From Stegostoma tigrinum (Eukaryota): a stretch of DNA of 64,000 nt. Location: the NCBI RefSeq assembly GCF_030684315.1, contig NC_081397.1:11866421-11930420 (forward strand). Reading direction: 5' to 3'. Under the pieces are notes generated by a model, which saw nothing but the letters and a program-made list of their open reading frames with translations, did no database searches and was not told where the DNA came from. Both the position numbers and the translations under genes were made by a program. Of this stretch, positions 39,556-53,329 are shown in pieces; within the stretch, counting starts at the first letter, position 1; every line of letters starts with the position of its first letter.

Positions 39556-40340
39556 CATAACAAAGTGTGGGGCTGGATGAACACAGCAGGCCAAGCAGCA
39601 TCTTAGGAGCTCAAAATCTGACATTTTGGGCCGAGACCCTTCATCCAGCCATTTCACTTTCCACAGCCATGTCACATTCCTCAATGACTGCCTCTGGTTC
39701 AGGCTCACCCCACGTGGATTACAACTCAAGTTTCATCCCTCATGTTTTGAATCCTCCCAGGAGCATAGATACCTCCATAATGTTCAACGTTTCACGGACA
39801 GCTGCTCTCACCACATCCTGAGATCCACCCTGAGTGCCATGTGGCGGCACATGCATACTCTCAACCTCTCTCTCCAACAGCATCGTAACACACTGGCTCA
39901 GGGCTGCTCCACTCCCCAGTTCCACTTCATCCTCCACAGACAACAAAATGTGAGGCTGGATGAACACAGCAGGCCAAGCAGCATCTCAGGAGCACGGATG
40001 CTGCTTGGCCTGCTGTGTTCATCCAGCCTCACGTTTTGTTGTCTTGGATTCTCCAGCATCTGCAGTTCCCATTATCTCTGATACCACTTCATCCTCCGAC
40101 TCATTTGTCGTGCTAACAAGGGACTTTTTTTTTCTTTTCCTTTCAGGCAATAAGGCCCACAAGATGCACCAACTCAAAACTACTCATGGCTCTCTGGGAC
40201 CTACCTCTCCTTCCCTTCCCTCTGACTCTATCCCCTCCCCCAAACTCTTCACCTCCTGCCAGGTATTCACCATCCCTCCTAACCTTCTGCTCTCCGATGC
40301 TGGATGCTCTGTACTCAACAAAGGCCTCAGCTTTATTTCT
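39556..40340. mobile_element. Nested Penelope-like fragments: N-terminal ORF remnant plus two mini-elements
   Basis: LSDAGCSVLNKGLSFI motif; TSDs TTTCCACAGCCAT (39543-39555, 39658-39670) and CCACTTCATCCTCC (39922-39935, 40084-40097). Confidence 0.7.
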
Positions 40341-40599
40341 CTGCATCCAGTTCTGAGGAAAGGGCACTGGGCCTGAATCGTTAACTCCTTTTTTTCCCCT
40401 CCATAGGTGCTGCCAAACCTGAGCTTTTCCAACAACTTTGTTTTTGTTCATGAACTGCAAATGCACCCGAACTGATGGTCAGTTAAAATGAGAGGGGGAA
40501 CCTCACACTGATTCCTTGTAGAATGTGTGAGAAGAGCTGGGTGTAAATGAAGCCGAGAAAGTGTGTTTTGAGTTATTCAAATCAATTAATGTCCGTATC

Positions 40600-40763
40600 T
40601 CCACCGGAACTGGGACAGGGATCCTTTGATCCGGGCCCAGCTCTCTCCTGAGAGATGTCGGTGTCTCTGACAGGAGCTTTTGGGTTCAGGTGGTTACATG
40701 TTGCACCGACAGGTTCATTTCTTTGCTGCTTTCTTGGTAACTTCGGTTTTCAGCTTGGCCTTC
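40600..40763 (-). pseudogene. H1: H1 3' stub (last ~15 codons, decayed stem-loop)
   Basis: Homologous to 3970-4135; reads KAKLKTEVTKKAAKK-stop (40715-40763); stem-loop disrupted; rest of gene absent. Confidence 0.85.
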
Positions 40764-41189
40764 ACTTCAGTGAGCGTTTCCAATGTTTTCAATTGTATTT
40801 GCTCCTCCTGCTCTGACAGTGAACAGTACAAAATCAATCCCAACAGGAGATCAGCTGTTCTCCACTAAACAGAGACACACAGATGGTGCAGTTTCTCAGC
40901 ATGGGGGGTATGTAGCTAACCACTGTCAAGGTGAGTGTGTGCCCGGACAGACTTTCTGAGAGGAGAAGGAATAGTGATGACCCCACTGTAATACAAGAGG
41001 ATTGTTCTCAGGGTCAGTGCAACATGTCCAATTCTGTTCACTATCACTCACATTAACCTATACAATACCAGTGAGATTTGGGATTGTAGTGGGGGGTTGT
41101 AGTGATAGAGCTTGCTGTTAGGGTGGATGGAGGCTATATCAAGTCTGATCAGTGTGTGAGTGTAAAACTGTGTCACAGAGTCGTGCAGT

Positions 41190-41840
41190 AAGGCATTCTT
41201 TGACTTGGGCCTCAGCATCATTGTATCCTCCACTGTCAACATCCTGGGAGCTACCATGAAGGACAAATTGAACCGGACTCACCCGATAAATGCATTGGCT
41301 ACAAGAACAGGGCCAAGGCTATGGATACTGCAGCAAGTAACTTCCCTCCTGATTTCTCAAACCTGTCCAAAATCTCCAACATTCAAGTCAGGAATGTAAA
41401 GGTTTCCCCTCTGTAGCCCCCATTACCTGTATTAGTGCAGCTCCAACTGCACACAGCAAGCAAGGTACTATCCACGAAAAAGCTGCTCCTGTTTAATTGG
41501 CACCACATTCACAAACATCCACTCTCTCAAATATAAAATTAGATAGCACCTACCAAACCCACAACTACTTCCATCTTGAAAGACAGCAGCAGCAGGTTCA
41601 TGGGAACTGCACGATCTGCAAGATCTTCTCTAAGACACTCACCATCCTGACTTGGAAGTATATTGGCCGTTCAGTCTGTGTCAATCCGTGAAAATCCTGC
41701 AATTCCCTGACTAATGGCAATGTGGGCCAACCTACAGCTCAGAGATTGCAACGGTTCAGGAAGGCAGTTCACTACCGCCTTCTCACGGGCATTTCAGGAG
41801 GGTCAATCAATGCTCAGACCAGTCAGTGATGTCCACAGCT
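41190..41840 (+). mobile_element. Decayed L2/CR1-group LINE 3' fragment
   Basis: NILG...KLN..HI and KSGM remnants; 3' tail shared with 8340-8600. Confidence 0.55.
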
Positions 41841-42059
41841 GGCATTTTTTTTTCTTTGAAATGTCTGCATTATTCTTGCTCTGTCCAAATGTTCTTCTCT
41901 CTGTTAGGCTCTATCCTAACATTTATTCCAAACCCCATCACACTCCCCTTTTATCTGCATATAAACTGACGTTTTCCCAGCCACCATCAAATCTGCGGAA
42001 AGGTCACTGGACCCAGAATGTTAATTTTGTTCCTTTTTCCTTCGAAGATGCTGCCACAC

Positions 42060-42260
42060 ATTGAACCGCTCCAGGCCATTTGGCTCAACAAGTCCTCATC
42101 GCCCGCTGAAGAGCACCCTATCCAGACCTATTCCCCTACCCTTTATTTCTCATGTCTAATCCACCAAACCTAAACATCTCTGGGCACCACGGGCAATTTA
42201 GCATAGCCAATCCACCTAGCTTGCACACCTTTGGACTGCGGGAGGAAACAGGAGCATTCA
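42060..42260 (-). mobile_element. HE1-type SINE fragment
   Basis: GGGCAATTTAGCATAGCCAATCCACCTAGCTTGCACACCTTTGGACTG matches the core of the 58075-58364 SINE. Confidence 0.6.
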
Positions 42261-42602
42261 AAATTATGCTCTAACTTTTATTCTATATGAAAACAGTAAG
42301 GAAGGTGACATGAGCAGAACAAAACATTGGCACATAGTTCACAATTATGCGCCTAATCTGCAGCACGCTTCATAGAATCATCATAGAATCCTTACAATGT
42401 GAAAACAGATACTTCGGCCCAACTAAAATTCCACACCGACCCACTGAACAGCAGCCCCTCCCAGAACCATTGCACCGCCATTTCCCTGCAACCCTGCATT
42501 TCCCTTTGTCACACACAACCCAGAGGAGCGCATGCGTGAGGCCCTCCCCCAGCGCTGCCATTGACTCAGTGAGTGGAAGAAGTTTGTTTGAAACAGGCCG
42601 CA

Positions 42603-44290
42603 ATGGAGAGACCAGCGCCCAGGGAAGCGAGGGAACAGCAGGCTCCTTCCAGCAGCGCATCGAGATGTGAGTCTGGGACACAGAGGGGGCTCCGAGACCG
42701 GCGTTGATTCGGGCTCAGTTCAGGGAGAACCGGGGGCTGTTGGTAAGAGGCGGAGCGGAGCAGGAACTGGTCCCGGAACTTGGAGTGAGCGGCCTGGGGG
42801 CGGGGAGAGAGAGGCCTTTCTCGGGCTGTGTGTGGGCCTGCGGAGGGAGACACAGCGGCAAGAAGCTGCTGCTGGGGGTCAGTCTTGTGCTTTTCATCCT
42901 CTAAACTGGGATGGACATAGTGCCGTGAACAGTGGAAACACAGACTAGAGGCATGTTATAACCCTGAAAAGGACAGGTATTTGAGTCCCCAGGTTACATT
43001 TCTCACCTGAAACATTTAAAATAGCGCCCTTTGTTCTTCCTTTTCACAGGTAGTGTGTTGTGAGCTGGATATTGAACTGTGTATGCATGCCTGTTTCTTC
43101 GGATAGCCCCATGTATGAAAGTACAGTTGTTGCTCAGTTTCTGATTCTCACTCAGTTGATTTCGAATTATTTCAGGAAAAAAAAAGTACCATGAGAATTC
43201 CCAGAAAAGGAGCAGATCTGGAGAACAGGGAATAAAGCCTCTGGTTCTGTTCAATTTGCTAGTTTTCTTCTTTTAAAAACAAACACACGTCCCAATGATT
43301 ATGAACTTGATGTTATGTTGATTAGTTCAATACGGCCAGACTTTCTGTATGTTGACTTCCTCCAGGCAAATACTTGAAGCACCAGGATGATGTTGTATTT
43401 CCTCGGTACAAAGCCAAGTCTGACCAGTTACTGCTAACAATCAGCAGGTATGTAGCCCACTGACGTTGACACAAGTTTTGAAGATGGATAGACTGATTGG
43501 TCATCCGAAATAGACACTCAGGAACAGCATTAAATCTGCATTTTATAAGGGCATTTTCAAAGTTACAATCAAGACAAACAATAGATCATGCTGTAACATA
43601 GTTTCAACAGGCATACCTCAGTGAGATGTTAAGTACAGAAATGGGAAGAACCCGTGCAACAAGAGTTACTAAAGTGGATGAAACATGTTTATATGAAGTT
43701 TATCAGTGACTGAGAAGGACAGAATTAATCCTTTGATGAATAATTCTCTCCTCCTCTCACTCTCACACACACACACTCTGACTGACTGAAGGTGTATGTT
43801 ACAATGTGGAACAACTAAATTGTTTTGTGTTCACTGCAAATCATAGAAAATGATAGACTCAAAATGATCTCCACTAACACCCTCAAGTTACAGAACTCTG
43901 CAGCACAAGAGAAAGGCCCGTCAGCCCATTGCGTCTGCACCTTTTTTTTCAATGAACAACTTTTAAAATCCCAATCAGCCAGCATTCTATTTCCATGAAT
44001 GTATTGAGGCTGAAGAGGAACTGCTATCCTCACCCTTATCATTTCTTCACCTTACAGGAGTTAATATTTCTTTTTTTTTCTTCAGTCTGGCAAGAAACAT
44101 TGTGTATCTCTTTGAATTTTTTGTTTCAATTTTCTACAAAGGGCTTGATGTTCATGTCAACCTTCCCTACAGCACAATCACATTAGTCCTCATGGTACGG
44201 ACAAATGTCAGTGTAATATTAATCCCTCAGTCATACAGAGTCAGTGAATATCTACTGTATCTGAGATGGTTGCCGACATCACGAAGCTAG
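42603..44290 (+). CDS. Putative 3-exon gene of unknown function (exons 42603-42666, 43366-43447, 44086-44290; 116 aa)
   Basis: NRF1 site at 42528, Kozak GCCGCAATGG, canonical GT-AG splice sites; phases 1 and 2 join into one open frame of 351 nt. Confidence 0.4.
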
Positions 44291-44929
44291 CACTGCAGCT
44301 ATTCGCAGGCTGATAACTGGAGAAATAATGTCAAATTGGCACTAACAGACACTGGCAGTGAGTGGAAGAAGTTCACAATTCCAACAATTACTGGAAACTA
44401 GTATGCAGAATGTAATGTCCCAGTGCAGGCACAGTGGGCTGAATGGTCTGCTTCCACGCTGCACCTCACCTTGATTCTGATCCTGGTGATGAAGTAAATG
44501 ATATTCTGTTGTATAGAGTATTAGTTTAAAAATGTAACATAGAAATAGACAGACAGGTGCAAAACAAAATCTTTAAGAAAGAGCACTAACGATGTCCAAT
44601 ACAAAAAAAAATGAATCTAAATGTCTCATTGATACTACTGAAACCTGAAAAAACAAATCCCGTACTGAGACAGAGAATCAGCATATGATACAATCGGAAT
44701 ATAAAACCCACACTCAGCACACAAACTGTAAATTGTGTTGTTGATTCAGAATGGTTCTCATAGGAAACCAGTCCCATTTATATGACCCCTCCGAGATCCT
44801 GCCAACTGATAACGAACCAAGAAGTCTCAAAATGCCGAAGAGATTGAAATCCAGTCTCAACGCTGTATTACCTGTGTCAGAATGTGTTGCATATTCACAG
44901 AGAATATTACTGGTTGCAAGAGAATCAAG

Positions 44930-46600
44930 GCACATTGATACACAACAGTAGAAACTGACAGATACGGATTGATACCTACACTGACTCATTCACATTCCAG
45001 AAACACACAAAAGAAAATTGATGATGAATCACATATTCACATTCAAATAACAGAAACTGACAGGCATGGACTGATAATTTGACTTGGCCATTCACACAGC
45101 AGAAACTGACTGGAGAGATGGGGAAATGCAGCCTCACATTTATGTTGCAGATACTGACAGCAAGAATAATGTTGTTACACACAAATTCACAGAATAAAAA
45201 CTGACTGTTACACATTGATAAATGCATTTGCCTATTCAAAGCCAGAAACTCATAGGTGGAAATTGATGGGTAAAATCACACATTCCCAAAGCAGAATGAT
45301 TGTTTGTAATAGTCTTGGTTTCAAATAACTGATCGGGCACAGATTGGTAACTTCACTCACCGATGCACAGAGCAGAAACTGACAGGCATAGACCAATAAC
45401 TACACTCATCTGCTGCCGTAGGTACTGATTGACAATGACATGTACATATTCACACAGAAGAAACTGACAGGTATTCACTGATAACTAAACTCATATATTG
45501 ACATAACAGAAACTGCAAGTGATAGACTGAGAATTACACAAACATATTCACAAAGCAGAGGCTGAAAGTGTACAGATTGATAACTACACAAACATATTCA
45601 CACAGCAGTCTGAGAGGGATAGACTGATTGTTAAACTCACATAGACAGAGCAGAAACTGACAGGCAGAAATCAGCAGTGAAACTCTCATTCTTTTAGCTG
45701 AAACTGACAGGTAGAGATCAATAACTAAATCCTCACGTTCACAAACCAGAAACTGATAGGGGCAGAATAATAATGACATTGACATCTGCACGTAGAAGAA
45801 ACTGACATGGACAGAATAAAAATATCACTCCCAGGCTCATTTGACATCATCTGAAAAGTACGTTTGAACCACTAAATTCATTTTCACAGAAAAGTGTTTG
45901 CCAATTAAATATTGATAACTTTATTCCCAGATTGACAGAGCAGAAACTGATAGGCATAGATTGATAACTGAAATCATATTCAAAGAGGAGAACCTGACAG
46001 GCACAGATCCATAACAGCACTCACATATTAACATATCAATTGCTGTCTGTTAGTTCCAGCTAACATCATTCACATATTGACAAAGAAGTAACTGACAGAT
46101 AAAAATAGACAACTATATTTATATATTCCCAGACCTGAAACTGGCAGGGACAGAGTGGTAAATACACTTATGCATTCACATATCAGACTGACAGGGACAA
46201 ATTTAAAATGCTATTTCACAGAGCACAAGGACAAGAATAGATTGATCACAGCACTCAATGCATTCACATAGCAGGACCTAACAGGTAAGGATTGATAATT
46301 ATACTCATGTTTTGAAGTAGCAGATGCTTACAGCTAGAGATTAATTACTGCACTCTCATATGCACAGTACACAAACTGACAGATAACTGATAACTGCACT
46401 CAAAATTTCACATGGCAGAAACTAATATAAACAGATTGATAAATAAGCTCATATTTATATCGCAGAAATAGGCAGTGACTAACTACTTCTGTGTGAATAT
46501 GTAAACATATTCATCAGTCAGTCTCTGTCAGTTTCTACAATGTGGATATATCACTTTAGTTATCAGTCTGTCCTTGTCAGTTTCTGTGATGTGAATGTGT
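44930..46600 (+). repeat. 49-bp tandem repeat array with terminal inverted units
   Basis: AAACTGA cores at 45701, 45750, 45799; inverted units at 46490-46600. Confidence 0.85.
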
Positions 46601-49155
46601 GAGGGAAGTGCATCAGATGCCATCTGTATGGATTTTAGTAAGGTATTTGACAAAGTGCCACATGGTAGACTGGTCCAAAAAGTAAGAGCCTCTGCGATAC
46701 AGGGCAATATGTTGAATTGTGTCCAAAGATGGCTCAGTAACAGGAAACAAAATGTAGTGGTTGATTGCTGCCTTTGTGAATAGAAAGCTGTTTCAAGTGG
46801 TGCTCAGCTTGGCTCAGTGATGGAACCCCTGCTGTCCGTTTTCTACATTGATGATTTGGACTTGAATGTGTTGGGCTTATTTGAGAAGTTTGCAGACAAC
46901 ACAAACTTGGCCATGTAGTGGGTAGTGCAGAGGATAATTGTAAGATGCAAAATGGTACAGATAGTTTCATGGAGTCGGCAGGAAAGTGGCAGATGGAGTT
47001 CAGCTCTGATAAGTGCGAGATAATGCACTTTGGAAGCTCCAACAGTAAATGGAATCAAAAATAATTGAGAATATATTGAGAGGGGTAGATGAAGTGAGAG
47101 ATCTTGGTGTGCAGGTGCACAGGTCGCTAAAGGTAGCAGTACAAGGATTTAGAATTGTAAACAAGGCATGCAGAATGTTCCCCTTCATTGACAGTGGTAT
47201 GGAATACAAACGTAGGGATATAACTGTGAAACTGTATCCGGAAATGGTGAGGCTGCAACTGGAGTATTGTGTGCATTCTGGTCACCACATTACAGGAAGG
47301 ATGTAATTGCTGTGGAGGGAATGCAGAGGAGATTTACCAGAATGTTGCCAGGGCTGGAGATTGTAGCTACGAGGAGAGATTGCAGAGGTTGTGGTTATAT
47401 TGCTTGGAATAGAGGAGGCTGAGGGGTGTCATGATTATAGAAAACAAAACTGTGAAAAGGAGAGACAGAGTGGACAGGAGGAACCTGCTTGGAGAAACTG
47501 TTCAAAAATCAGAGGTCATTGATTGAAGTGAAGTGGCTGAAGGATCGGAGGATTCTGAAGGATTTTTTTTTAACAGTATGAAACAGTCTGACCTCTTCTA
47601 GCCTACCAATGTTAGGAAGGAAGATGTGCCAGGAATTTTGAGGAAGGTGAAGACAGGTAAGTCCCCCGGGCCTGATGGGATTTATCCAAGGATTCTGTGG
47701 GAAGCGAGGGAAGAGATTGGAGGGCCCTTGGCAATGATCTCCTCGCCCTCACTGTCAACGGGTAGAGTGCTGGAAGATTGGAGAGTGGCAAACGTCAATC
47801 CCTTGTTCAAAAAAGGAAATCGGGATAACCCTGGAAATTACAGACCAGTTAGCCTAACGTCAGTGGTGGGCAAATTATTGCCAAGGGCTCTGAGAGATAG
47901 GATTTCTGATCACTTAGAAAGGCACAGTTTGATTTGGGACAGTCAGCATGGATTTCTGAGGGGTAAAACATGCTTCACAAACCTTACTGAATTCTTTGAA
48001 GAGGTGACCAAACACGTGGATGAATGTAGAGCAGTGGATGTGGTATCCATGGATTTAAGTATGGCGTTTGATAAGGTTCCCCACAGTAGGCTCATGCAGA
48101 GGGTAAGGAGGCATGGGATAGAGGGAAATGTGGCAGATTGGATTCAGAATTGGCTGACCCTTAGATGACAAAGGGTAGTAGTGGACGGAAAATATTTGAT
48201 ATAGTGTTCAATTACGAGTGTGTACCACAAGGATCTGTTCTGGGTTCTCTTCCATTTGTGATTGTTGTAAATGATTTGGTTGAAGGCGTGGAAGAATGCA
48301 TCAGCAAGTTCGCAGACGATACGAAGGTGGATCATGTTCTGGGTTACAAAAGTACATTGATGGTATACGGAGCTGGGTTAAGAATTGGTAAATGGAGTTT
48401 AACCTTGAAAAGTGTGAGATGATACATTTTGGAAGGACAAACTTGAAAGCAGAATACAGGGTTAGTGGAAAGTTTCTTGGCAGTGTGGAGGAGCAGAGGG
48501 ATCTTGGGGTTCATGTTCACAGCTCCCTGAAAGCTACCAGCCAGGTGGATAGAGTTGTTTAGAAGGCGTATGTTGTGTTAGCTTTCATTAACAGAGGGAT
48601 TGAGTTCAAGAGCCATGAAGTCATGCTCCAGCTATACAAAAGTCTGGTTCGTCCACATCTGGAGTATTGAGTCCAGTTGTGGTCATGCCATTACAGGAAA
48701 GATGTGGAATCATTGGAAAAGGTGCAGACAAGATTTACCAGGATGTTGCCTGGAATGGAGGGAAGATCTTATGAGGAAATGTTGGGAGACCTTGGGCTTT
48801 TCTCTTTAGAGCGACGAAGGATGAGAGATGACTTGATAGAGGTGTACAAAATGATCAGAGGTATAGATAGAATGGACAGCCAGAGACTTTTTCCTCGGGT
48901 GAAGGTAGCTATTGTGAGGGAGCAGAGTGTTAAAGTGAGTGGAGGTAGATATTGGGGAGAAGTCAGAGGTGGGCTCTTTACTCAGAGAGTGGTCGGGGTG
49001 TGGAATGCATTCTGGAAAGGAGAGTGGAGTCAGCCTCTTTCGGGGCATTTAAACAGCTATGAGACAGGCATATGGATGATAGCAATAGGTAGGAGTGGAG
49101 GTTAGATAGACATGAGGATTAGGGGAGACGTTCGGCACAACATCGTGGGCCGAGG
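46590..49155 (+). mobile_element. Two decayed CR1 ORF2 fragments (46590-47560 and 47560-49155)
   Basis: MDFSKVFDKVPHGRL; KSPGPDGIYPRIL...NYRPVSLTS; VPQGSVLG; FADD; 3' UTR similar to 17490-17540. Confidence 0.88.
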
Positions 49156-49262
49156 GGGCGGGGGGGTGGGCGGGCGGGGTAGCGGGGGGGGGGGGGTGGG
49201 CGGGTGGGGTAGCGGGTGTGCGGAGGGGCAGGTGGGGGGTGGGGGTGCGGCGGCAGTGGTGG
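49150..49262 (+). repeat. G-rich low-complexity tract
   Basis: Many runs of three or more G separated by 1-5 nt. Confidence 0.7.
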
Positions 49263-49960
49263 TGCTCCCCCATTCTTTCTGAAGCCAATGGTCAGTTCTT
49301 TAGTTTTTCCAACATTGAGAGAGAGGTCGCCTTCACTGCACCATGTCATCAAGCCCTCTATCTCCCTTCTGGGTTTTGACCCCTGGTTGTTCCATATGTG
49401 TCCCACTATGATGGTGTCATCAGCAAACTTGTAGATGGTGTTCATTTGGAAATTGGCGCCACAGTTTTGGGTGCACAGTAGGGGCCTGAGGTTGCATCCT
49501 TGGCGGGTGGCCTCCAGTGTTGTGTGTTATTGTAGAGGAGATGCAGTTGTCTGTCTTCACTGATTGCAGTCTATGGGTTAGAAATTTGAGGATCCAGTTG
49601 CAGTGGGTGGAGCCGAGACCAAGGTCACACAGTTTTGAGATCAGTCTGCACAGGGTAACGGTGTATAGATGTTCCAGGGATGAATAATCTCCTACAACCT
49701 CTTGAATCAGGCAGAAGATACAGAAGCCCGAACAGGTTCAGGGGCAACTTCTTTCTGTTCATTATTAAATTGATGAATCGACTCTTTGGCCTCAAATAAT
49801 GATGATCTTGTTAATGTTGATCTCTCCGAGTGCGCACCCTGTGAAATGTAACCTGCATGCCTCTCTGAGTTGTTTTGTTCTGTACATCCTTGCTGACTGT
49901 GATCGGCCTGTACTGCTCGTAAACAGAGCATTTCACTGTCTCTCGCTACATTTGAATTTA
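49262..49960. mobile_element. Rex1/Babar-type LINE fragments
   Basis: Minus strand KFADDTIIVG...WC...LSLNVGKTKEL.IGFRK (49262-49445), typical of Rex/Babar RT; plus-strand 3' remnant after ~49680. Confidence 0.65.
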
Positions 49961-50345
49961 TTAAAAAAAATTAACAGAGCATATACTGACAGGTATATAT
50001 TTGTAACTACACTGACGCATTCAACAAGAGGGAGCTGACAGATATAGATGGACAACGAAACTCGCATATCCATATACCCACTAGCAGTATGTAGTCCCAC
50101 TCATGCAGCTGTATCAGTGTTGGTTAGCTTTTGGATCTCACTCAACCGGGTATTCGAATTTTAAGAAAAGAAAATAGACAAGGAGAAGCTCAGGCTCGGA
50201 GTAGAATCAGACCGTGGTTCTGTTCAAATAAATAGCTCAAAACAAACAATCCTAATGAATAATTAACTGAATGTTACATTGGCAATATCACTCTGATCAA
50301 TCTCAACTGATGTTAGTTTACAGGAGGTATTCCTTCTTCCTCCAG

Positions 50346-50427
50346 GCCAATACTTGAAGGACCAGGACAATTTAGTGTTTTCTCAGTTCGAAGCCAATTG
50401 TGACCAGCATCTTACAACAACCACCAG
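50346..50427 (+). other. Paralogue of exon 2 (copy B2), frame open
   Basis: CTTCCTCCAG acceptor, CAG/GTATGT donor, 82 nt, QYLKDQDNLVFSQFEANCDQHLTTTTR. Confidence 0.5.
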
Positions 50428-51264
50428 GTATGTTGCACTGTCAGAGCATAGAATATCCTAGCCACAGTGATAGCAGATTCAATCTCACACATTGAATGCA
50501 ATTTCCAGAGAGATGTGTTCTAACCAAGAGTCAAACACCATTGAGGAAATACCAGTGTATATGTTTTATCTGTACCGTCACTTCCAGCCACCCAGTTCTA
50601 AACAATTTCACTTTGGAGGAATGACAGACTGAATCCTCATCCAAAATATATACACAGGAACAGCATGAAATCTGCATTTAGTAAGGGTACTTTTAGTGTT
50701 ACAGTCAAGTGAACACATAGATGATGCTGTTAGTTTGACCAACCACATGGGAAGTAGATATGGAGTACAGATATTGAAGCAAACATTTCAGTCAGAAGTA
50801 ACAGACAGACAATTATTATTTCAATGAATATTTGTCTCAATAGTCACAAAACTTAAATAATGTGAATTCCAAATGCACGTGCTGTGCCAAAGACTGACAT
50901 TGAGAGAATTGTTAATATACACTCTCACTCCCTCTCTTGCACCCTCCTCTCTCTCTCTCACTATCAAATGCATAAACCATCCCAACACACATTCCAACAA
51001 ATAATAGCCATGCAATACCATATACATTGCAAGCAACAGAAACTGTCACATCTGGAATGATTTCTACTCACAGAACCATTGTCAGAGAGGCCTGCATTCC
51101 TTCACATTATTGAGTCTGTACCGAGAATTCTCATCCCATTCATTCAACATTTCATTCACACAAATGTATGACAGCAGCAGAGGAGCTGCCATCCCCACCT
51201 TTATCGCAACATCATTCTCCTTTTCTTCACCTTTCAGGAATAGAATTTGTTTTGTCTTTTTCAG

Positions 51265-52140
51265 TCCAGCAAGAAACCTCGAGTACCTCTTTCAAAATTA
51301 ATCTCAATTTATTGTAAAGAGCCTGACATTCCTCCTGGCCCTCCCTCGGATGTATTGCAGAGAAATACCAAGATATCTGAATACAATTTTCACAATAAAT
51401 CAGTTTAATCAAGTGGTTACCTTTCGAAGCAGTGCACAAAATAAAAATAGACAAAATTGGTTTGCTTGGTAGGTTTGTGAAACACTCCTTTTGTTTCAAA
51501 GCAGAGTTGAACAGTGTTGATTGTTCAATAAATTGAGTTTCACCCTTTAAATCTGCTGCACTGCAAGACAGAAAATAAACTTCCTTTTCCTTTCCACTTC
51601 CCTTCCATAGAACAACACAAGAGTACCAGTAATTGCTTCCACCATCACGGCACAGAGCAGGGTCATGTCCTGTCTACATCAGGGAATAAGTTCCCCGTTT
51701 GTCTTTTCTGTCCAAGCGACACTGTGTGATCAGGCAGCAGCAATGCAGTTGAATTGTTCACTGCCATTGGCTTTCACAGTTTACACTGATTGCTACTTTA
51801 GCATTACTCAGAAAAGCATATCACTACACACTGAAAAAGAAACGGATATTATTCTGACAGTCAACACTTTATATCATTAATCCCTGTTCAACTCTACACT
51901 ATACAAGTTACAAAGGCCCATTGTGTTTCCAGTCTTGAATCTGAGGAACAGCACAGAGTCCCTTCTGTAGCAGTGTGTTGCCTTTCACTTGCACATGATT
52001 CCCACAGGCACCAACAATTAATGATCTTCGGTGGTTTCCCATTCACGACAGGAGACGGGAACTGAGATACAGACTGGCAGCACGAGGGAAAACTCACTCA
52101 CACACAGCCAGTGGATGCTAAAAGGAAAAGAATGAAGTAC
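51265..52140 (+). pseudogene. Decayed exon 3 paralogue (copy B2)
   Basis: TTTTTCAG acceptor then SPARNLEYLFQN-stop; homologous to 44086+ and 21990-22750. Confidence 0.35.
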
Positions 52141-52899
52141 GGCCTCACAGTAATTTCCAGATATGAACTGACTCTCAAAATCTCTGATTACACCTGAGGA
52201 TATTGGACTGTTACAGTGCCCAGTAGTGACAGATAGATTCTACTGCACACTCAACCTCATGCACAATGTAAAAACAAACTGAGACTGAAATGCAATGCAG
52301 TTCAGTGCAATTGAAAAGAGTTTGACAGAGTTTACTACTCCGACACAAACCACAACTGAACATACGAAAATGAGATCCATGTACTCTCCCTGAGACTGTG
52401 GGAAACATATCAAAACTACCACAATCGTTATGAAAAGCCAGATACCCACAGAACTTATGTCATATTGGCCTTTACAAATAGACGGTGACAATGAGTAGAT
52501 GAAGTTCACATTCCTGACAATTACTGCGGAACTGCTGCATAAAAAATTCCCAGTACAGAGACAGTGGGCTGAATGGTCTGCTGCTATGCTGTACCATATC
52601 TGTGATTCTGTTTTTGGTGAGAAACAAGCAGTTTAATCAGTGGTACCACAGATCTCAGGCTGTCTGACCAAATAGGAAATATGTGACCATTTGTCAGAAT
52701 GGTTCTCAGAATAAAGCAGTTCCCCTCCTGTTATCACCCCATGTCCTGAACTTCCTCACCCCCCCTCACCTCCCACACGGATTGACACTCAACTCATAAA
52801 TCACACAATGCAGAAGAGATTAAGAGCCAGCCTCAACACCCTAACAATAACTATCACAGAGTGATTTGTACAGTCACAGAGAATAATACTGGCCTTCAG

Positions 52900-53320
52900 A
52901 GACTTAGCCATTTTGATACATGAGGAGAAACTGACACGTACAGATTGATAACTACACCCACTTGTTCGTATTGCAGAAACACACAAATGATGACAACACA
53001 TTGACTACAATGTAAAGGTGTGACTGTAGTTATCAGTCTCTCTTGGTTTCTGCTAATGTCAGTCATGCATTCGCATTGCAGGAACTGTCAGGGAGAGATG
53101 AATAACTTCACCTTCATTCTCAAAGCTAAAACGGACATACGCAATGATAACTACACTCCCAGTTTCACAGAGCACAAACTGACAAGTATAGTCTGTTAAC
53201 TAGACTCTCCTATTTACAGAGCAGAATCTCACAGGTACATGTTGGGAACAGCACCCACACATTCGCCCAGCAGGAACTGACAGGTGTACTTCGATAAGTG
53301 CATTTACACACTGACAAGGC
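52900..53320 (+). repeat. 49-bp tandem repeat array (resumes at 54580-54690)
   Basis: AAACTGACA...GATTGATAACTACAC units. Confidence 0.75.
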
Positions 53321-53329
53321 AGTTCAGTA

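Noticed and set aside
44440-44520. Intronic C/D snoRNA (GTGATGA near 44487)
   Set aside because: No convincing terminal stem or matching D box, and the paralogous site at ~52615 lacks the C box.
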